In this document: one piece after another, positions 20,554 through 30,574 of the stretch
How positions within the stretch are numbered: position 1 is the stretch's first letter
Layout of the letters: each line of letters opens with the position of its first letter
Assembly: GCA_963668695.2 (NCBI GenBank)
Contig: CAXXLQ010000004.1
Span: 3,456,001-3,520,000 of the forward strand
DNA from: Vicinamibacteria bacterium
Lineage (GTDB): Bacteria > Acidobacteriota > Vicinamibacteria > Marinacidobacterales > Marinacidobacteraceae
Length of the DNA stretch: 64,000 nt
Direction: 5' to 3'
Notes under the pieces: model-generated
What the model saw: the letters and a program-made list of their open reading frames with translations, nothing else
Database searches by the model: none
Told to the model about the DNA's origin: nothing
Made by a program: the position numbers and the translations under genes

Positions 20554-22197
20554 ATGCGAAGCGACGAGATCAAGAGCGGCCCGAGCCGCGCCCCGGCCCG
20601 GGCCATGTGGAAGGCCGTCGGGCTTACGGACGAGGCCATCTCCCGGCCGCTCATCGGCATTGCGAACACCTGGACCGAGATCACACCCTGCAACAGCCAT
20701 CTGCGCGCGCTCGCGGAACAGGTCAAGATCGGCGTCCGGGAAGCCGGCGGGACGCCGCTCGAGTTCAACACCATCGTGGTCACCGACGGCATCGCGATGG
20801 GTTCGTCCGGAATGCGCGCGTCGCTCGTCTCCCGCGAAGTGGTAGCGGATTCCATCGAGCTCGTGGTGCGCGGACATTTGCTCGACGGGGTGGTGGCGAT
20901 TTCGGGATGCGACAAGACGATTCCGGGCACCGTCATGGCGCTCGCCCGGCTGAATCTGCCCTCGCTCATGCTCTACGGTGGCTCCATCGCGCCGGGGCGT
21001 TACCGGGGCCGGGACGTGACGATCCAGGACGTGTTCGAAGCGGTCGGCGCCCACGCCGCCGGAACGATGAGCGACGAGGAGCTTCGGGAACTCGAAGACG
21101 TCGCCTGCCCCGGGGCCGGGGCGTGCGGCGGGCAGTTCACCGCCAACACCATGTCGGTCGCCACCGGGTTCCTCGGGATTTCGCCCATGGTGGGAAATGA
21201 AATTCCAGCGACCGATCCGCGGAAACCGGCGGCGGCGCGGTGGGCCGGCAAGCGGGTCATGGAGTTGCTGCGCGAAGGCCGGACCGCTCGGGAGTTCCTC
21301 TCCCGGGACGCCCTCCGGAACGCCTACACCTCGGTTTCGGCGACCGCCGGCTCCACGAACGCGGTACTTCACCTGCTCGCGATCGCCCACGAAGCCGGAA
21401 GCGACTTGACGCTCGAAGACCTCGACGAGATCGGAGCCGCCACTCCGGTCCTCACGGATCTGAAACCGGGGGGCCGGTTCACCGCGCCCGACATGGAGGC
21501 ATCCGGAGGCATGCGGCTGCTGGCCAGCCGTCTCCGCGAGCGCGGACTGCTCACGGACACACCGACGGTCTCCGGCGAGACCCTGTTCGAACTCGCCGGA
21601 ACGGCCGAAGAGCGTCCCGGCCAGGAGGTCATCCGACCCGCCGACCGCCCGGTCAAGGCGCGGGGAGGACTCGCAATCCTCACCGGCAGCCTGGCTCCCG
21701 AGGGATGTGTGCTGAAGCTGGCCGGCCACACCCGGACCTGCCACGAAGGCCCCGCGCGCGTCTTCGACTCGGAGGAGGCCGCCTTCGCCGCGGTCCAGGA
21801 GGGCCGGATCCAGCCGGGCGACGTGATCGTCATCCGCTACGAAGGTCCCCAGGGAGGCCCCGGCATGCGCGAGATGCTCGGGGTCACCGCGGCGGTCATC
21901 GGGCGCGGGCTCGGCGACAGCGTGGCGCTCATCACCGACGGGCGCTTCAGCGGCGCCACCCACGGCTTCATGGTCGGGCACGTGGCCCCGGAGGCGGCGG
22001 CCGGCGGTCCCATCGGACTCGTGCAGGACGGCGACCGGATCACCATCGACCTGGAATCGCGGACGCTCGACGTGGAGATGCCGGACGGCACATCCCGCAA
22101 AGCGGCCGCGCCCGTTTCCGAATTCGCCACCGGCGCCCTCGCCAAGTACGCGCGAGTCGTTTCTTCCGCGAGCCGCGGCGCGGTGACGACGCTTTGA
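20554..22197 (+). CDS. ilvD: Dihydroxy-acid dehydratase
   Basis: TPCNSH, GCDKTIPG, GACGGQFTANTM, GSTNAVLHL, GGPGMREML, TDGRFSG. Confidence 0.95.
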   Translation: MRSDEIKSGPSRAPARAMWKAVGLTDEAISRPLIGIANTWTEITPCNSHLRALAEQVKIGVREAGGTPLEFNTIVVTDGIAMGSSGMRASLVSREVVADSIELVVRGHLLDGVVAISGCDKTIPGTVMALARLNLPSLMLYGGSIAPGRYRGRDVTIQDVFEAVGAHAAGTMSDEELRELEDVACPGAGACGGQFTANTMSVATGFLGISPMVGNEIPATDPRKPAAARWAGKRVMELLREGRTAREFLSRDALRNAYTSVSATAGSTNAVLHLLAIAHEAGSDLTLEDLDEIGAATPVLTDLKPGGRFTAPDMEASGGMRLLASRLRERGLLTDTPTVSGETLFELAGTAEERPGQEVIRPADRPVKARGGLAILTGSLAPEGCVLKLAGHTRTCHEGPARVFDSEEAAFAAVQEGRIQPGDVIVIRYEGPQGGPGMREMLGVTAAVIGRGLGDSVALITDGRFSGATHGFMVGHVAPEAAAGGPIGLVQDGDRITIDLESRTLDVEMPDGTSRKAAAPVSEFATGALAKYARVVSSASRGAVTTL

Positions 22198-22313
22198 CCG
22201 GATGCGGCAGCCACGGGAATCTGGTACCCTCCCTTCTCCCGCTCGCGGCGCGCTGGAGTCTCGCGGGCCACCAGAGCGGCCCGGAAGCGCCGAACCTCAC
22301 GGGGAGAAGAAGT

Positions 22314-23480
22314 ATGGAGCCGACGAAAACGCCCCGGTGGAAAGAGGAACTCAGAAGCCTCGGCGTCCCATCGTACGAGGATCCCGCCCCAGCCAAGGCG
22401 AAGGATTCGGGCCAGGCAAAGGCGGGACGAAAGACGGCGTCCGCCAGGCTTCGTCGGATCGGGCTGGATCCCGGTTTCGGCGGTTTCAAAGTCGGCGAAC
22501 TCGGGGCCGAGGGAGTACGCATCGAGGTGACCCCCGCCGTGGTCGGCGTGAGCCGGAGAGGCGTGCTCGGCCTCAATCTCCCGACGCTCGACTCGCCCGC
22601 CCCGTCGGCGCGGCCGCGCAGCGTCCGTTACGACGGGATCGAGTACCTGGTCGGCGCCAACATCCACCGCTATGGGCGGCCCGTGGAGCGCCTCGACTTC
22701 CAGCGGCTGTCGGAGGGATCCGAGTTGCGCTCGCTCCTCTATGCGGCGCTGTGGCCAATTCTCGGCGCGGGTTCCCAACGGGCGTCCCTGATCGTCGGGC
22801 TGCCCATTCAAGTGCTCCTCGATCAGCGGCAGGCGGAGGAAACGGAGAACAGGCTGAAGTCCTGGCTGCTCGCCGAACACTCGTTTGAGATCAACGGCGA
22901 ACCCGTGCAGTTGACGGTGGATCAGGCCCGGGTGGTCCCGCAGGTCATGGGTACCTATTACGCCTGTCTCGCGGAAGACTCCAGTCCGCTCGCTGACGCG
23001 GACGCCAGCGTGGGGATCGCGGACATCGGTTTCAACACGATCGATTTGATCGGCGTCGAAGGGGGCGAAACCGTCAGCCGTTTCACCAGCGGAAACACCT
23101 TGGGGATGCGCCGCTCCGCGGAGATCGTGTCGAACACGGTGCGCGAAGGGCTCGGCGTCGACCTTTCCTTGCACCAGGCCGACGACATGGTCGTCCGCGC
23201 CAGTTCGGGTGAGCCGGTGGTCGTCGCCCAAAGCGGCGGCTCGACGGATGTGACCACCATGGTCCGCCAGGCGCTTGACACCACCGCGTCGTCCGTCTGC
23301 ACCTTCATCGAACGCTCCTGGGGTAACGGCCGACAGTTCCGCCACCTCCTGCTCGCCGGCGGGGGCTCGCGCGTGCTGCGCGAGTACCTCGTTCACCTGT
23401 ATCCGGACGCCGTCATGGTGCGGGACCCGATAACCAGCAACGCGCGCGGCCTCGCGCAATGGGCCTCGCGGGCCTTCTGA
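22314..23480 (+). CDS. ParM/StbA-family actin-like ATPase (orphan)
   Basis: Actin-fold motifs: GLDPGFGGFK (phosphate 1), VGLP, VVPQ, ADIGFNTID (phosphate 2), LAGGGS (adenosine), NARG. Confidence 0.85.
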   Translation: MEPTKTPRWKEELRSLGVPSYEDPAPAKAKDSGQAKAGRKTASARLRRIGLDPGFGGFKVGELGAEGVRIEVTPAVVGVSRRGVLGLNLPTLDSPAPSARPRSVRYDGIEYLVGANIHRYGRPVERLDFQRLSEGSELRSLLYAALWPILGAGSQRASLIVGLPIQVLLDQRQAEETENRLKSWLLAEHSFEINGEPVQLTVDQARVVPQVMGTYYACLAEDSSPLADADASVGIADIGFNTIDLIGVEGGETVSRFTSGNTLGMRRSAEIVSNTVREGLGVDLSLHQADDMVVRASSGEPVVVAQSGGSTDVTTMVRQALDTTASSVCTFIERSWGNGRQFRHLLLAGGGSRVLREYLVHLYPDAVMVRDPITSNARGLAQWASRAF

Positions 23481-23883
23481 GCCAGCTCCTCCCCAACAGC
23501 CGGCAGACGAAGACACGCCGTCCGGTTGCTATGCAGGTGCAATTCCGCCGGAACGCCAACCATCGAGATGGCGCCGCCGCCATGGGAACGCCGGACCTCC
23601 GGTCGGCGCCGTCGCCCGACAGGGCGACGAAACACCCATGATCGGGTCCGCCTGCTCTGAGGCCGCAGCCGACCGCTCTCGCCGGTCGGGTTCCTGACAG
23701 AGCACCCGGGCGGGGTTCCCGGGGCGGGCGCCGTACGGGAGGTCCGGACGGCGACGGCTCGCAGGTTCCAACGAACGAAGCTCTCCGGTTCGCGCCATCC
23801 GGGCGCTTGTTCTGCGCCGGCTCCATCCGGGCGGCGGCCGCCCATAGAATCGGCGGGTTACAGCCCGTTCGGAGGTAGTGCAC

Positions 23884-26800
23884 ATGCGTTTCCGGTTGCT
23901 CTCCCAGTTGCTTTCCCTGTTGGTCCTCGGAGGAGGTCTGCTCCTTCCCGCCCGGGCTGTCACCCAGGACGAGGACGATTCCGAAAAGAAGGAAGAGGGG
24001 CTGCCGCTCGCGGCCAGCGAGACACTCTCCTTCACGGTCACCGAGGGGACCTGGATGTCCCTCGACGTCTCGCCCGACGGCCAGACGATCGTCTTCGAGC
24101 TCCTCGGCGACCTCTACACCCTGCCCATTTCCGGCGGCCAGGCCACCCGGATCATCGGGGGGCTCTCCTTCGAAAGCCAGCCGGTCTTCTCGCCGGACGG
24201 AAGCGAGATCGCCTTTCTGAGCGACCGGAGCGGGGTCGAAAACCTGTGGATCGCGAACGCCGGCGGGAGCGAACCGCGGGCGGTCACCAAGGACGGCCCG
24301 ACCCGTGACCGGCCGCAGCTCATGGTCTCGCCGAGCTGGACGGCCGACGGGGACTACCTCCTCGTTTCGAGGTCGCGGCCTCCGGACCGCACCGCCGCAG
24401 TCTTCCTGATCCATCGCGACGGCGGCAGCGGCGTCCGTCTCGGCGAAAAGCCCCCGGAGCCCACCCCCGGCGTCCCCGGCGCGCAACCGCCGAACCGGCT
24501 CGGGGCGGTCGCCTCCCCCGACGGCCGCTACGTCTATTTCTCCGAGCGGCGCGGGACCTTCAACTACAACGCGCAGTTCCCCATCTGGCAGGTGGTCCGC
24601 TTCGACCGCGAGACCGGCGCGGAGACGACGCTCACCAGCGCCCCCGGCAGCGCGATGCGTCCGCTGCTGAGCCCGGACGGCCGCCAGCTGGTGTACGCCA
24701 CCCGCCACCGCACTCAGACCGCGCTGCGGGTGCGCGATCTCGGAACCGGCGAGGAGCGTTGGCTCGTGAACGGCGTGACCCGGGACGATCAGGAATCCCG
24801 GGCGAGCCGGGACACCATGCCCGGTTACGCCTTCACCCCCGACGGTTCGGCGCTGATCGCCACCGTGGACGGCGGTTTCCGGCGGATCGACTTCCAGAGC
24901 GGGGCGATGACCGCCATCCCCTTCGAGGCCCAGGTGGAGGCCGAGGTGGCCCCTCGCCTCCACTTCCCCCGCCGGGTGGATGACGGGCCGACGGTCACCG
25001 CCCGGATCATCCGCTGGCCGCGCCTCGCTCCGGACGGCAGCGCCGTCGTTTTCTCGGCCTTCAGCCGGCTCTACCGGATGGAACTCCCGGGCGGGACGCC
25101 CACCCGGCTCACCGACTCCGACGAGGACGAGTTCATGCCCGCCTGGTCACCCGACGGGAGCCGGATCGCCTACGTCACCTGGTCGAGCGCGGGAGGGCAC
25201 CTCAAGACGGTCCCCGCCGCCGGCGGTTCCGGAACCGCGCTGACTTCCGACCCCGCGTTCTATGCCGAGCCCGCCTGGAACCCCGCCGGAGACGCCCTCG
25301 TCATCCGCCGGGCCCCGGTCAAGGAGCACCTCTACTCCTTCCTCCGCGCTGGTTGGGGGAGGACCGACCTCTATTCGGACCTCCCTTCCGATTGGGACGA
25401 GATCGGCGGCATGCAGGCGGCCGAACTCAGCGAATTGCTGCTGGTGCCGGCGGCGGGCGGTGACCTGACCGTGATCGGCCCCGCCGAGGACGGCCGCTTC
25501 CCCCACTTCACGAAGGACCCGGACCGGGTCTATCTGACCGATTCGAGCGCCGGGCTCTACTCGCTGAGGCTCGACGGAACCGACCGCCGCACCCACCTCA
25601 AGGTGTCCGGGCGCGGCGCGGGCGAGAACCCGCCGGCCGCCGGCCAGATCATGCTGTCCCCGGGCGGGGACCGCGCGTTCTTCGAGCTGCAAAACCGCCA
25701 CTACCTGGTCGAGGTCCCGAGCTTCGGAAAGCAAACGCTCGATGTCAAGGTCGGCGGCGGCGAGACGCCGGTGCCGGTGCGCGAAGTGGCGCCGGAAGGC
25801 GGCGACCACCTCGCCTGGTCCGCCTCCGGGGACTCGGTGGTCTGGTCGCTCGGAAACCGGATCTACCGTCAGGACGCCGGCGCGATCGGCGGAGAGGAGG
25901 ACCTGTCCCCGGACACCTTCGACGCGGTGGTGACCGAGCCTCGGGCCCGCCCGAGCGGCCGGATCCTGCTGAAGGATGCCGCGCGGGTTCTCACGATGGA
26001 CGGCGAGGAGCTCATCGAGGGCGGCGACGTCCTCGTCGAGGACAACCGGATCGCGGCGGTGGGCGCCGACCTGGACGCACCGGAGGGCGTCCGGGTGTTC
26101 GACGTCTCGGGGAAGACGGTCATGCCGGGCTACGTGGACGCCCACGCGCACATGTGGGCGCCGCGCGGCGTGCACCAGCGGCAGGTCTTCCAGCACCTCG
26201 CAAACCTCGCCTACGGGGTGACCGCGACCCGGGATCCGCAGACCTCGACCGCCGATGTCTTCGCCTACCGCGACCTCCAGGAGATCGGGCGGATTCTGGC
26301 TCCCCGGATCTACGCCACCGGACCCGGAATCTTCTCGCGCTCGGGGGTGTACGACGCGGACGCCGCCGACGATTTCCTGAAGCGCTACGCCGAGTCCTAT
26401 GACTCGGTCACCATCAAGCAGTACGTGGTCGGCGACCGGATCGTCCGTCAGTGGGTCGCGATGGCCTCGATGAAGCACAAACTCATCCCCACCACCGAAG
26501 GCGCGCTCGACCTGAAGCTGGACCTGACGCAGATGGCGGACGGCTTCTCGGGCAACGAGCACAGCCTGCCCATCGTCCCCATCTACGACGACGTCGCCCA
26601 GTACGTGGCGCGCACCCGGACCTACTACACCCCGACGATCCTGGTGGCCTACGGTGGCCCCTGGAGCGAGAACTACTTCTTCCAAAACACCGACGTGGTG
26701 AGCGACGAAAAACTCGCCCGCTTCATTCCGGCCGCCATCCTCGACAACATGGTCCGCCGGCGCGGCCAGTGGTTCCTTCCCGAGGAATACGTGCACTCCG

Positions 26801-27216
26801 GGATCTCGGCAGGCTGCACCAAGGTGATCCGCGCCGGCGGGCGCTGCGCGCTCGGCAGCCACGGCCAGCTCCAGGGGCTCGGCGCCCACTGGGAGATCTG
26901 GGCGCTCCAGTCGGGCGGACTCACCGAGCACGAGACCCTGATCGCCGCCACCAACTTCGGGGCGGAGGCGATCGGGTACGCCGAGGACCTCGGAACGCTC
27001 GAGGCCGGCAAGCTGGCCGACATCCAGATCCTGGACGCCAACCCGCTCGAGGACATCCGGAACACCAACTCGGTCCGCTTCGTGATGCGAAACGGGGAGC
27101 TCTTCGACGCAAACACCATGGCCCAGATCTGGCCGGTGGAGCGTCCGGCGCCCGAGCGGTTCTGGGTCGGCGACAACCCGCCCTCCGCGCCGAGCGGTCC
27201 GGGGGCGGGACGGTGA
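23884..27216 (+). CDS. Secreted TolB/PD40-repeat plus amidohydrolase protein
   Basis: Signal peptide; EGTWMSLDVSPDG and several PxxSPDG repeats; PGYVDAHAH; GTLEAGKLAD. Confidence 0.9.
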   Translation: MRFRLLSQLLSLLVLGGGLLLPARAVTQDEDDSEKKEEGLPLAASETLSFTVTEGTWMSLDVSPDGQTIVFELLGDLYTLPISGGQATRIIGGLSFESQPVFSPDGSEIAFLSDRSGVENLWIANAGGSEPRAVTKDGPTRDRPQLMVSPSWTADGDYLLVSRSRPPDRTAAVFLIHRDGGSGVRLGEKPPEPTPGVPGAQPPNRLGAVASPDGRYVYFSERRGTFNYNAQFPIWQVVRFDRETGAETTLTSAPGSAMRPLLSPDGRQLVYATRHRTQTALRVRDLGTGEERWLVNGVTRDDQESRASRDTMPGYAFTPDGSALIATVDGGFRRIDFQSGAMTAIPFEAQVEAEVAPRLHFPRRVDDGPTVTARIIRWPRLAPDGSAVVFSAFSRLYRMELPGGTPTRLTDSDEDEFMPAWSPDGSRIAYVTWSSAGGHLKTVPAAGGSGTALTSDPAFYAEPAWNPAGDALVIRRAPVKEHLYSFLRAGWGRTDLYSDLPSDWDEIGGMQAAELSELLLVPAAGGDLTVIGPAEDGRFPHFTKDPDRVYLTDSSAGLYSLRLDGTDRRTHLKVSGRGAGENPPAAGQIMLSPGGDRAFFELQNRHYLVEVPSFGKQTLDVKVGGGETPVPVREVAPEGGDHLAWSASGDSVVWSLGNRIYRQDAGAIGGEEDLSPDTFDAVVTEPRARPSGRILLKDAARVLTMDGEELIEGGDVLVEDNRIAAVGADLDAPEGVRVFDVSGKTVMPGYVDAHAHMWAPRGVHQRQVFQHLANLAYGVTATRDPQTSTADVFAYRDLQEIGRILAPRIYATGPGIFSRSGVYDADAADDFLKRYAESYDSVTIKQYVVGDRIVRQWVAMASMKHKLIPTTEGALDLKLDLTQMADGFSGNEHSLPIVPIYDDVAQYVARTRTYYTPTILVAYGGPWSENYFFQNTDVVSDEKLARFIPAAILDNMVRRRGQWFLPEEYVHSGISAGCTKVIRAGGRCALGSHGQLQGLGAHWEIWALQSGGLTEHETLIAATNFGAEAIGYAEDLGTLEAGKLADIQILDANPLEDIRNTNSVRFVMRNGELFDANTMAQIWPVERPAPERFWVGDNPPSAPSGPGAGR

Positions 27217-27227
27217 AGGAACACGTC

Positions 27228-27794
27228 ATGAACCCTTCCGCGGCCCGCGGACACGGCGCAACACCGCTTCTGCGGGCGCTGCCGTTCGCCGCCCTGACCG
27301 CAGGGCTCGTCGGCTGCGGCGGCGGCTACGACTACCCGGACACCCGGAGGGACGACGTCGCGGAGGAGCTTCACGGGACAGTGGTGGAGGATCCCTACCG
27401 ATGGCTCGAAGACGACCAGGCGCCCGAGGTTCTCGACTGGGTGGACGCCCAAAACGAGGTCACCTTCGCCCATCTGCAGGGGCTGCCGGCGCGCGAGGCG
27501 CTCCGGGCCCGCCTCCTCGAGCTCCATGACCACGCCCGACAAAGTGCTCCCTTCCGTTTCGGCGAACAGTGGTTCGTGCGCGCGAACGACGGGCTCCAGG
27601 ACCAGGACGTCCTCTACCGGATCTCCTCGCCCGGTGAGGATCCCACCGGCTGGGAGGTCCTGCTCGACCCGAACGAACTCTCCGAAGACGGCACGACCAG
27701 CGTGGGGATGACCGCGTTCACCGAGCAGGCCGCGTTCCTCCGGAGCGGATTCGGCGCGGGGGCCGCCACGACCGGGAGTCTCAGATGGCCGTAG
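27228..27794 (+). pseudogene. Truncated 5' copy of the prolyl oligopeptidase gene
   Basis: 27387-27724 is nearly identical to 28549-28886 (offset 1162); similarity ends at AFTE and a stop follows. Confidence 0.88.
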
Positions 27795-27806
27795 TACCAT
27801 CGCGGC

Positions 27807-28058
27807 ATGATCGGGAAGGCGCCTCTCGCGGAAGCGACCGTCAGAGCGTCCGAAACGCCGGATTCGCGCGATAGCAAGCGCACGAAGGGCCGGCGCGGGG
27901 CTGAACGGCAGGCCGCCTACGAACGACTGCTCGACCTCCCGGAGGAAGAGGAAGAGTTGAGCGCTGACGGACTTCGGGCGCTGCAGGAAGGGATCGAAGA
28001 CTTCGCGGCGGGCCGCACTTCCACTCGGGAAGAGATCGAGCGGGAGTTCGGCGCCTGA
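27807..28058 (+). CDS. Putative antitoxin of the downstream RelE
   Basis: Acidic C-terminus EEELSxxxxRALQEGIEDFAAGRTSTREEIEREFG; overlaps the toxin start. Confidence 0.7.
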   Translation: MIGKAPLAEATVRASETPDSRDSKRTKGRRGAERQAAYERLLDLPEEEEELSADGLRALQEGIEDFAAGRTSTREEIEREFGA

Positions 28059-28309
28059 CCTGGACGCTCGAGTTTTCCGGCCGGGCGCGGCGGGACCTGA
28101 GGCGGCTCGACCCGCCGACGCAGACCCGAGTGCTGACGGCGTTGGATCAACTCGCGGAAACAGGGGTTGGGGACGTTCTCCGTTTGAAGGGGTTGGAACG
28201 GCAGTGGCGCCTCCGCATCGGTGACTGGCGCGTCCTGCTCCAGTACCGTCGCGACGAAGGCGTGCTTCGGGTGGAGGCGGTCGTACACCGGAGCCAGGCG
28301 TACCGGTGA
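28055..28309 (+). CDS. relE: RelE/ParE family toxin with probable CTG start; not in the ORF track
   Basis: Translates as (M)TWTLEFSGRARRDLRRLD...GDVLRLKG...WRLRIGDWRV...VVHRSQAYR; CTGA overlap with the antitoxin stop and GGAG upstream. Confidence 0.85.
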   Translation: MTWTLEFSGRARRDLRRLDPPTQTRVLTALDQLAETGVGDVLRLKGLERQWRLRIGDWRVLLQYRRDEGVLRVEAVVHRSQAYR

Positions 28310-28383
28310 CGGCGGGTCGCACCGGAAGCGATTCCCGGCCGCTCCAAAGTAGTCTTGCGCACGAAGGAGCATCGGAACGCGCC

Positions 28384-30561
28384 ATGATCCACTCCGAACT
28401 GAGCACCACCCACGCCCGAGGAGTCCCGCTGCTTCGGGCGCTTCCCGCCGCCGCTCTGCTCCCCGCTCTCGTCGCCTGCGGCGGCGGGTACGACTATCCG
28501 GATACCCGCAAGGACAACGTCTCCGAGGAGTTCCACGGCGTCCAGGTCGAGGACCCCTACCGCTGGCTCGAAGACGACCAGGCGCCCGACGTTCTCGACT
28601 GGGTGGACGCCCAAAACGAGGTCACCTTCGCCCATCTGCGGGGGCTGCCGGCGCGCGAGGCGCTCCGGGCCCGCCTCCTCGAGCTTCAGGATCACGCCCG
28701 ACAAAGTGCTCCCTTCCGTTTCGGCGAACAGTGGTTCGTGCGCGCGAACGACGGGCTCCAGGACCAGGACGTCTTCTACCGGATCTCGTCGCCCGGTGAG
28801 GATCCCACCGGCTGGGAGGTCCTGCTCGACCCGAACGAACTATCCGAAGACGGCACGACCAGCGTGGGGATGACCGCGTTCACCGAAGACGGCACGCTCC
28901 TCGCCTATGGGCTCGGCGAGGCGGGTTCCGACTGGCGGGAGTTCCACGTGATGGAGGTCGCGACCGGCGAGAAGCGCCCGGATCACCTGCGCTGGATCAA
29001 GTTCTCGGGCGCCTCCTGGACCCACGACAACGCCGGCTTCTTCTACAGCCGCTACCCCGAACCGGATCCCGACGCCGCCCAGGGAGGCATCAACCAGAAC
29101 CAGACCGTCTGGTACCACGCGCTCGGCACGGCGCAGGACTCCGACCGGTTGATCTACGCAAACCCGGAGTTTCCGGACCGCGGCGTGGGGGCCCAGGTGT
29201 CCGACGACGGCCGCTACGTCGTGTTCTCGATCGGCGAAGGGACGGACGAACGGAACCGCATCCACGTTCTGGACCTGGCGCGCTCCAGCGCGCCGGCCTT
29301 CGACGGTGCACTCGTGCCGGTCCTCGACGAGTTCGACGCCTCCTACGACTTCCTCGGCAATGACGGACTGCGGTTCTATTTCCTGACCGACAACGGCGCG
29401 CCCCGCTACCGGGTGGTGGCGATCAACATCCAGCGCCCGGATCCCGCGAACTGGCTGGAGCTCGTGCCCGAGAGCGAGGACACGCTGGAGGTCGGTCGGA
29501 TCGTCGGCGACCGCTTCGTTCTCGGCTATCTCGACGACGCGAAGAGCCGGCTCGCGGTCCACACGATGGACGGCGCCTTCGAACGCGACGTGACCCTGCC
29601 CGGGATCGGCTCGGTCTCGCAGTTGAGCGGCACCCGGAACGACGACGTCCTCCACTTCGCCTTTTCCTCTTTCCTCTTCCCGCCGTCGGTGTACCGCTAC
29701 GACCTCGCTGCCGGCGAGACCGAGCCCCACTGGGCGCCCGAGGTCCCCTTCGACTTCGAGCAGTACGAGACCGAGCAGGTCTTCTTCTCCTCGGCGGACG
29801 GCACCCGGATCCCCATGTTCCTGACCCACCGCAAGAACATGAGCCGGGACGGCAACAACCCGACTCTCCTGTACGGCTACGGCGGCTTCAACATCAGCCT
29901 GCGGCCCAGCTTCAACCCGTCGAACCTCGTCTTCCTGGAGCGCGGCGGGGTGTACGCGCAGGTGAATCTCCGGGGCGGAGGCGAGTACGGCGAGAGCTGG
30001 CACCGGGGCGGCATGCTCGAAAACAAGCAAAACGTCTTCGACGACTTCATCGCGGCCGCCGAGTTCCTGATCCACGACTCGGTCACCCAGCCGGCGCGGC
30101 TCGCGATCGCCGGGGGATCGAACGGCGGTCTGCTCGTCGGGGCGGTCCTGAACCAGCGCCCCGAGCTCTTCGGGGCGGCTCTCCCGGCGGTGGGCGTGAT
30201 GGACATGCTCCGCTTCCACAAGTTCACGATCGGTTGGGCGTGGACCTCCGACTATGGCAGTCCGGATGACCCGGAGATGTTCGAGATCCTGCGCGCGTAC
30301 TCGCCGTACCACAACGTCGCGGCGAGCGAGGACTTTCCCCCGACGCTGGTGACTACCGCCGACCACGATGACCGGGTGGCGCCCGGCCATTCCTTCAAGT
30401 ACGCGGCGCGGATCCAGGAGGTCCACGGGGACGGCCCGCACCCCGTCTTCATCCGGATCCAGAAGAGCGCCGGACACGGCGGCGGCATGCCGGTCTCGAT
30501 GCGAGTGGAGCTCGAGGCCGACCGCTGGGCGTTCGTCCTGCACCACCTGGGCGTGAGCTGA
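28384..30561 (+). CDS. Prolyl oligopeptidase (S9A) lipoprotein
   Basis: DPYRWLED, YGYGGF, GGSNGG, DHDDRV, AGHGGG; lipobox LVAC. Confidence 0.93.
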   Translation: MIHSELSTTHARGVPLLRALPAAALLPALVACGGGYDYPDTRKDNVSEEFHGVQVEDPYRWLEDDQAPDVLDWVDAQNEVTFAHLRGLPAREALRARLLELQDHARQSAPFRFGEQWFVRANDGLQDQDVFYRISSPGEDPTGWEVLLDPNELSEDGTTSVGMTAFTEDGTLLAYGLGEAGSDWREFHVMEVATGEKRPDHLRWIKFSGASWTHDNAGFFYSRYPEPDPDAAQGGINQNQTVWYHALGTAQDSDRLIYANPEFPDRGVGAQVSDDGRYVVFSIGEGTDERNRIHVLDLARSSAPAFDGALVPVLDEFDASYDFLGNDGLRFYFLTDNGAPRYRVVAINIQRPDPANWLELVPESEDTLEVGRIVGDRFVLGYLDDAKSRLAVHTMDGAFERDVTLPGIGSVSQLSGTRNDDVLHFAFSSFLFPPSVYRYDLAAGETEPHWAPEVPFDFEQYETEQVFFSSADGTRIPMFLTHRKNMSRDGNNPTLLYGYGGFNISLRPSFNPSNLVFLERGGVYAQVNLRGGGEYGESWHRGGMLENKQNVFDDFIAAAEFLIHDSVTQPARLAIAGGSNGGLLVGAVLNQRPELFGAALPAVGVMDMLRFHKFTIGWAWTSDYGSPDDPEMFEILRAYSPYHNVAASEDFPPTLVTTADHDDRVAPGHSFKYAARIQEVHGDGPHPVFIRIQKSAGHGGGMPVSMRVELEADRWAFVLHHLGVS

Positions 30562-30574
30562 GCGGGGGCGTCCC

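Noticed and set aside
18380-23480. Prophage or integrated plasmid, suggested by the CI-like and ParM-like genes
   Set aside because: They are separated by panE and ilvD, and there are no structural, replication or integrase genes.
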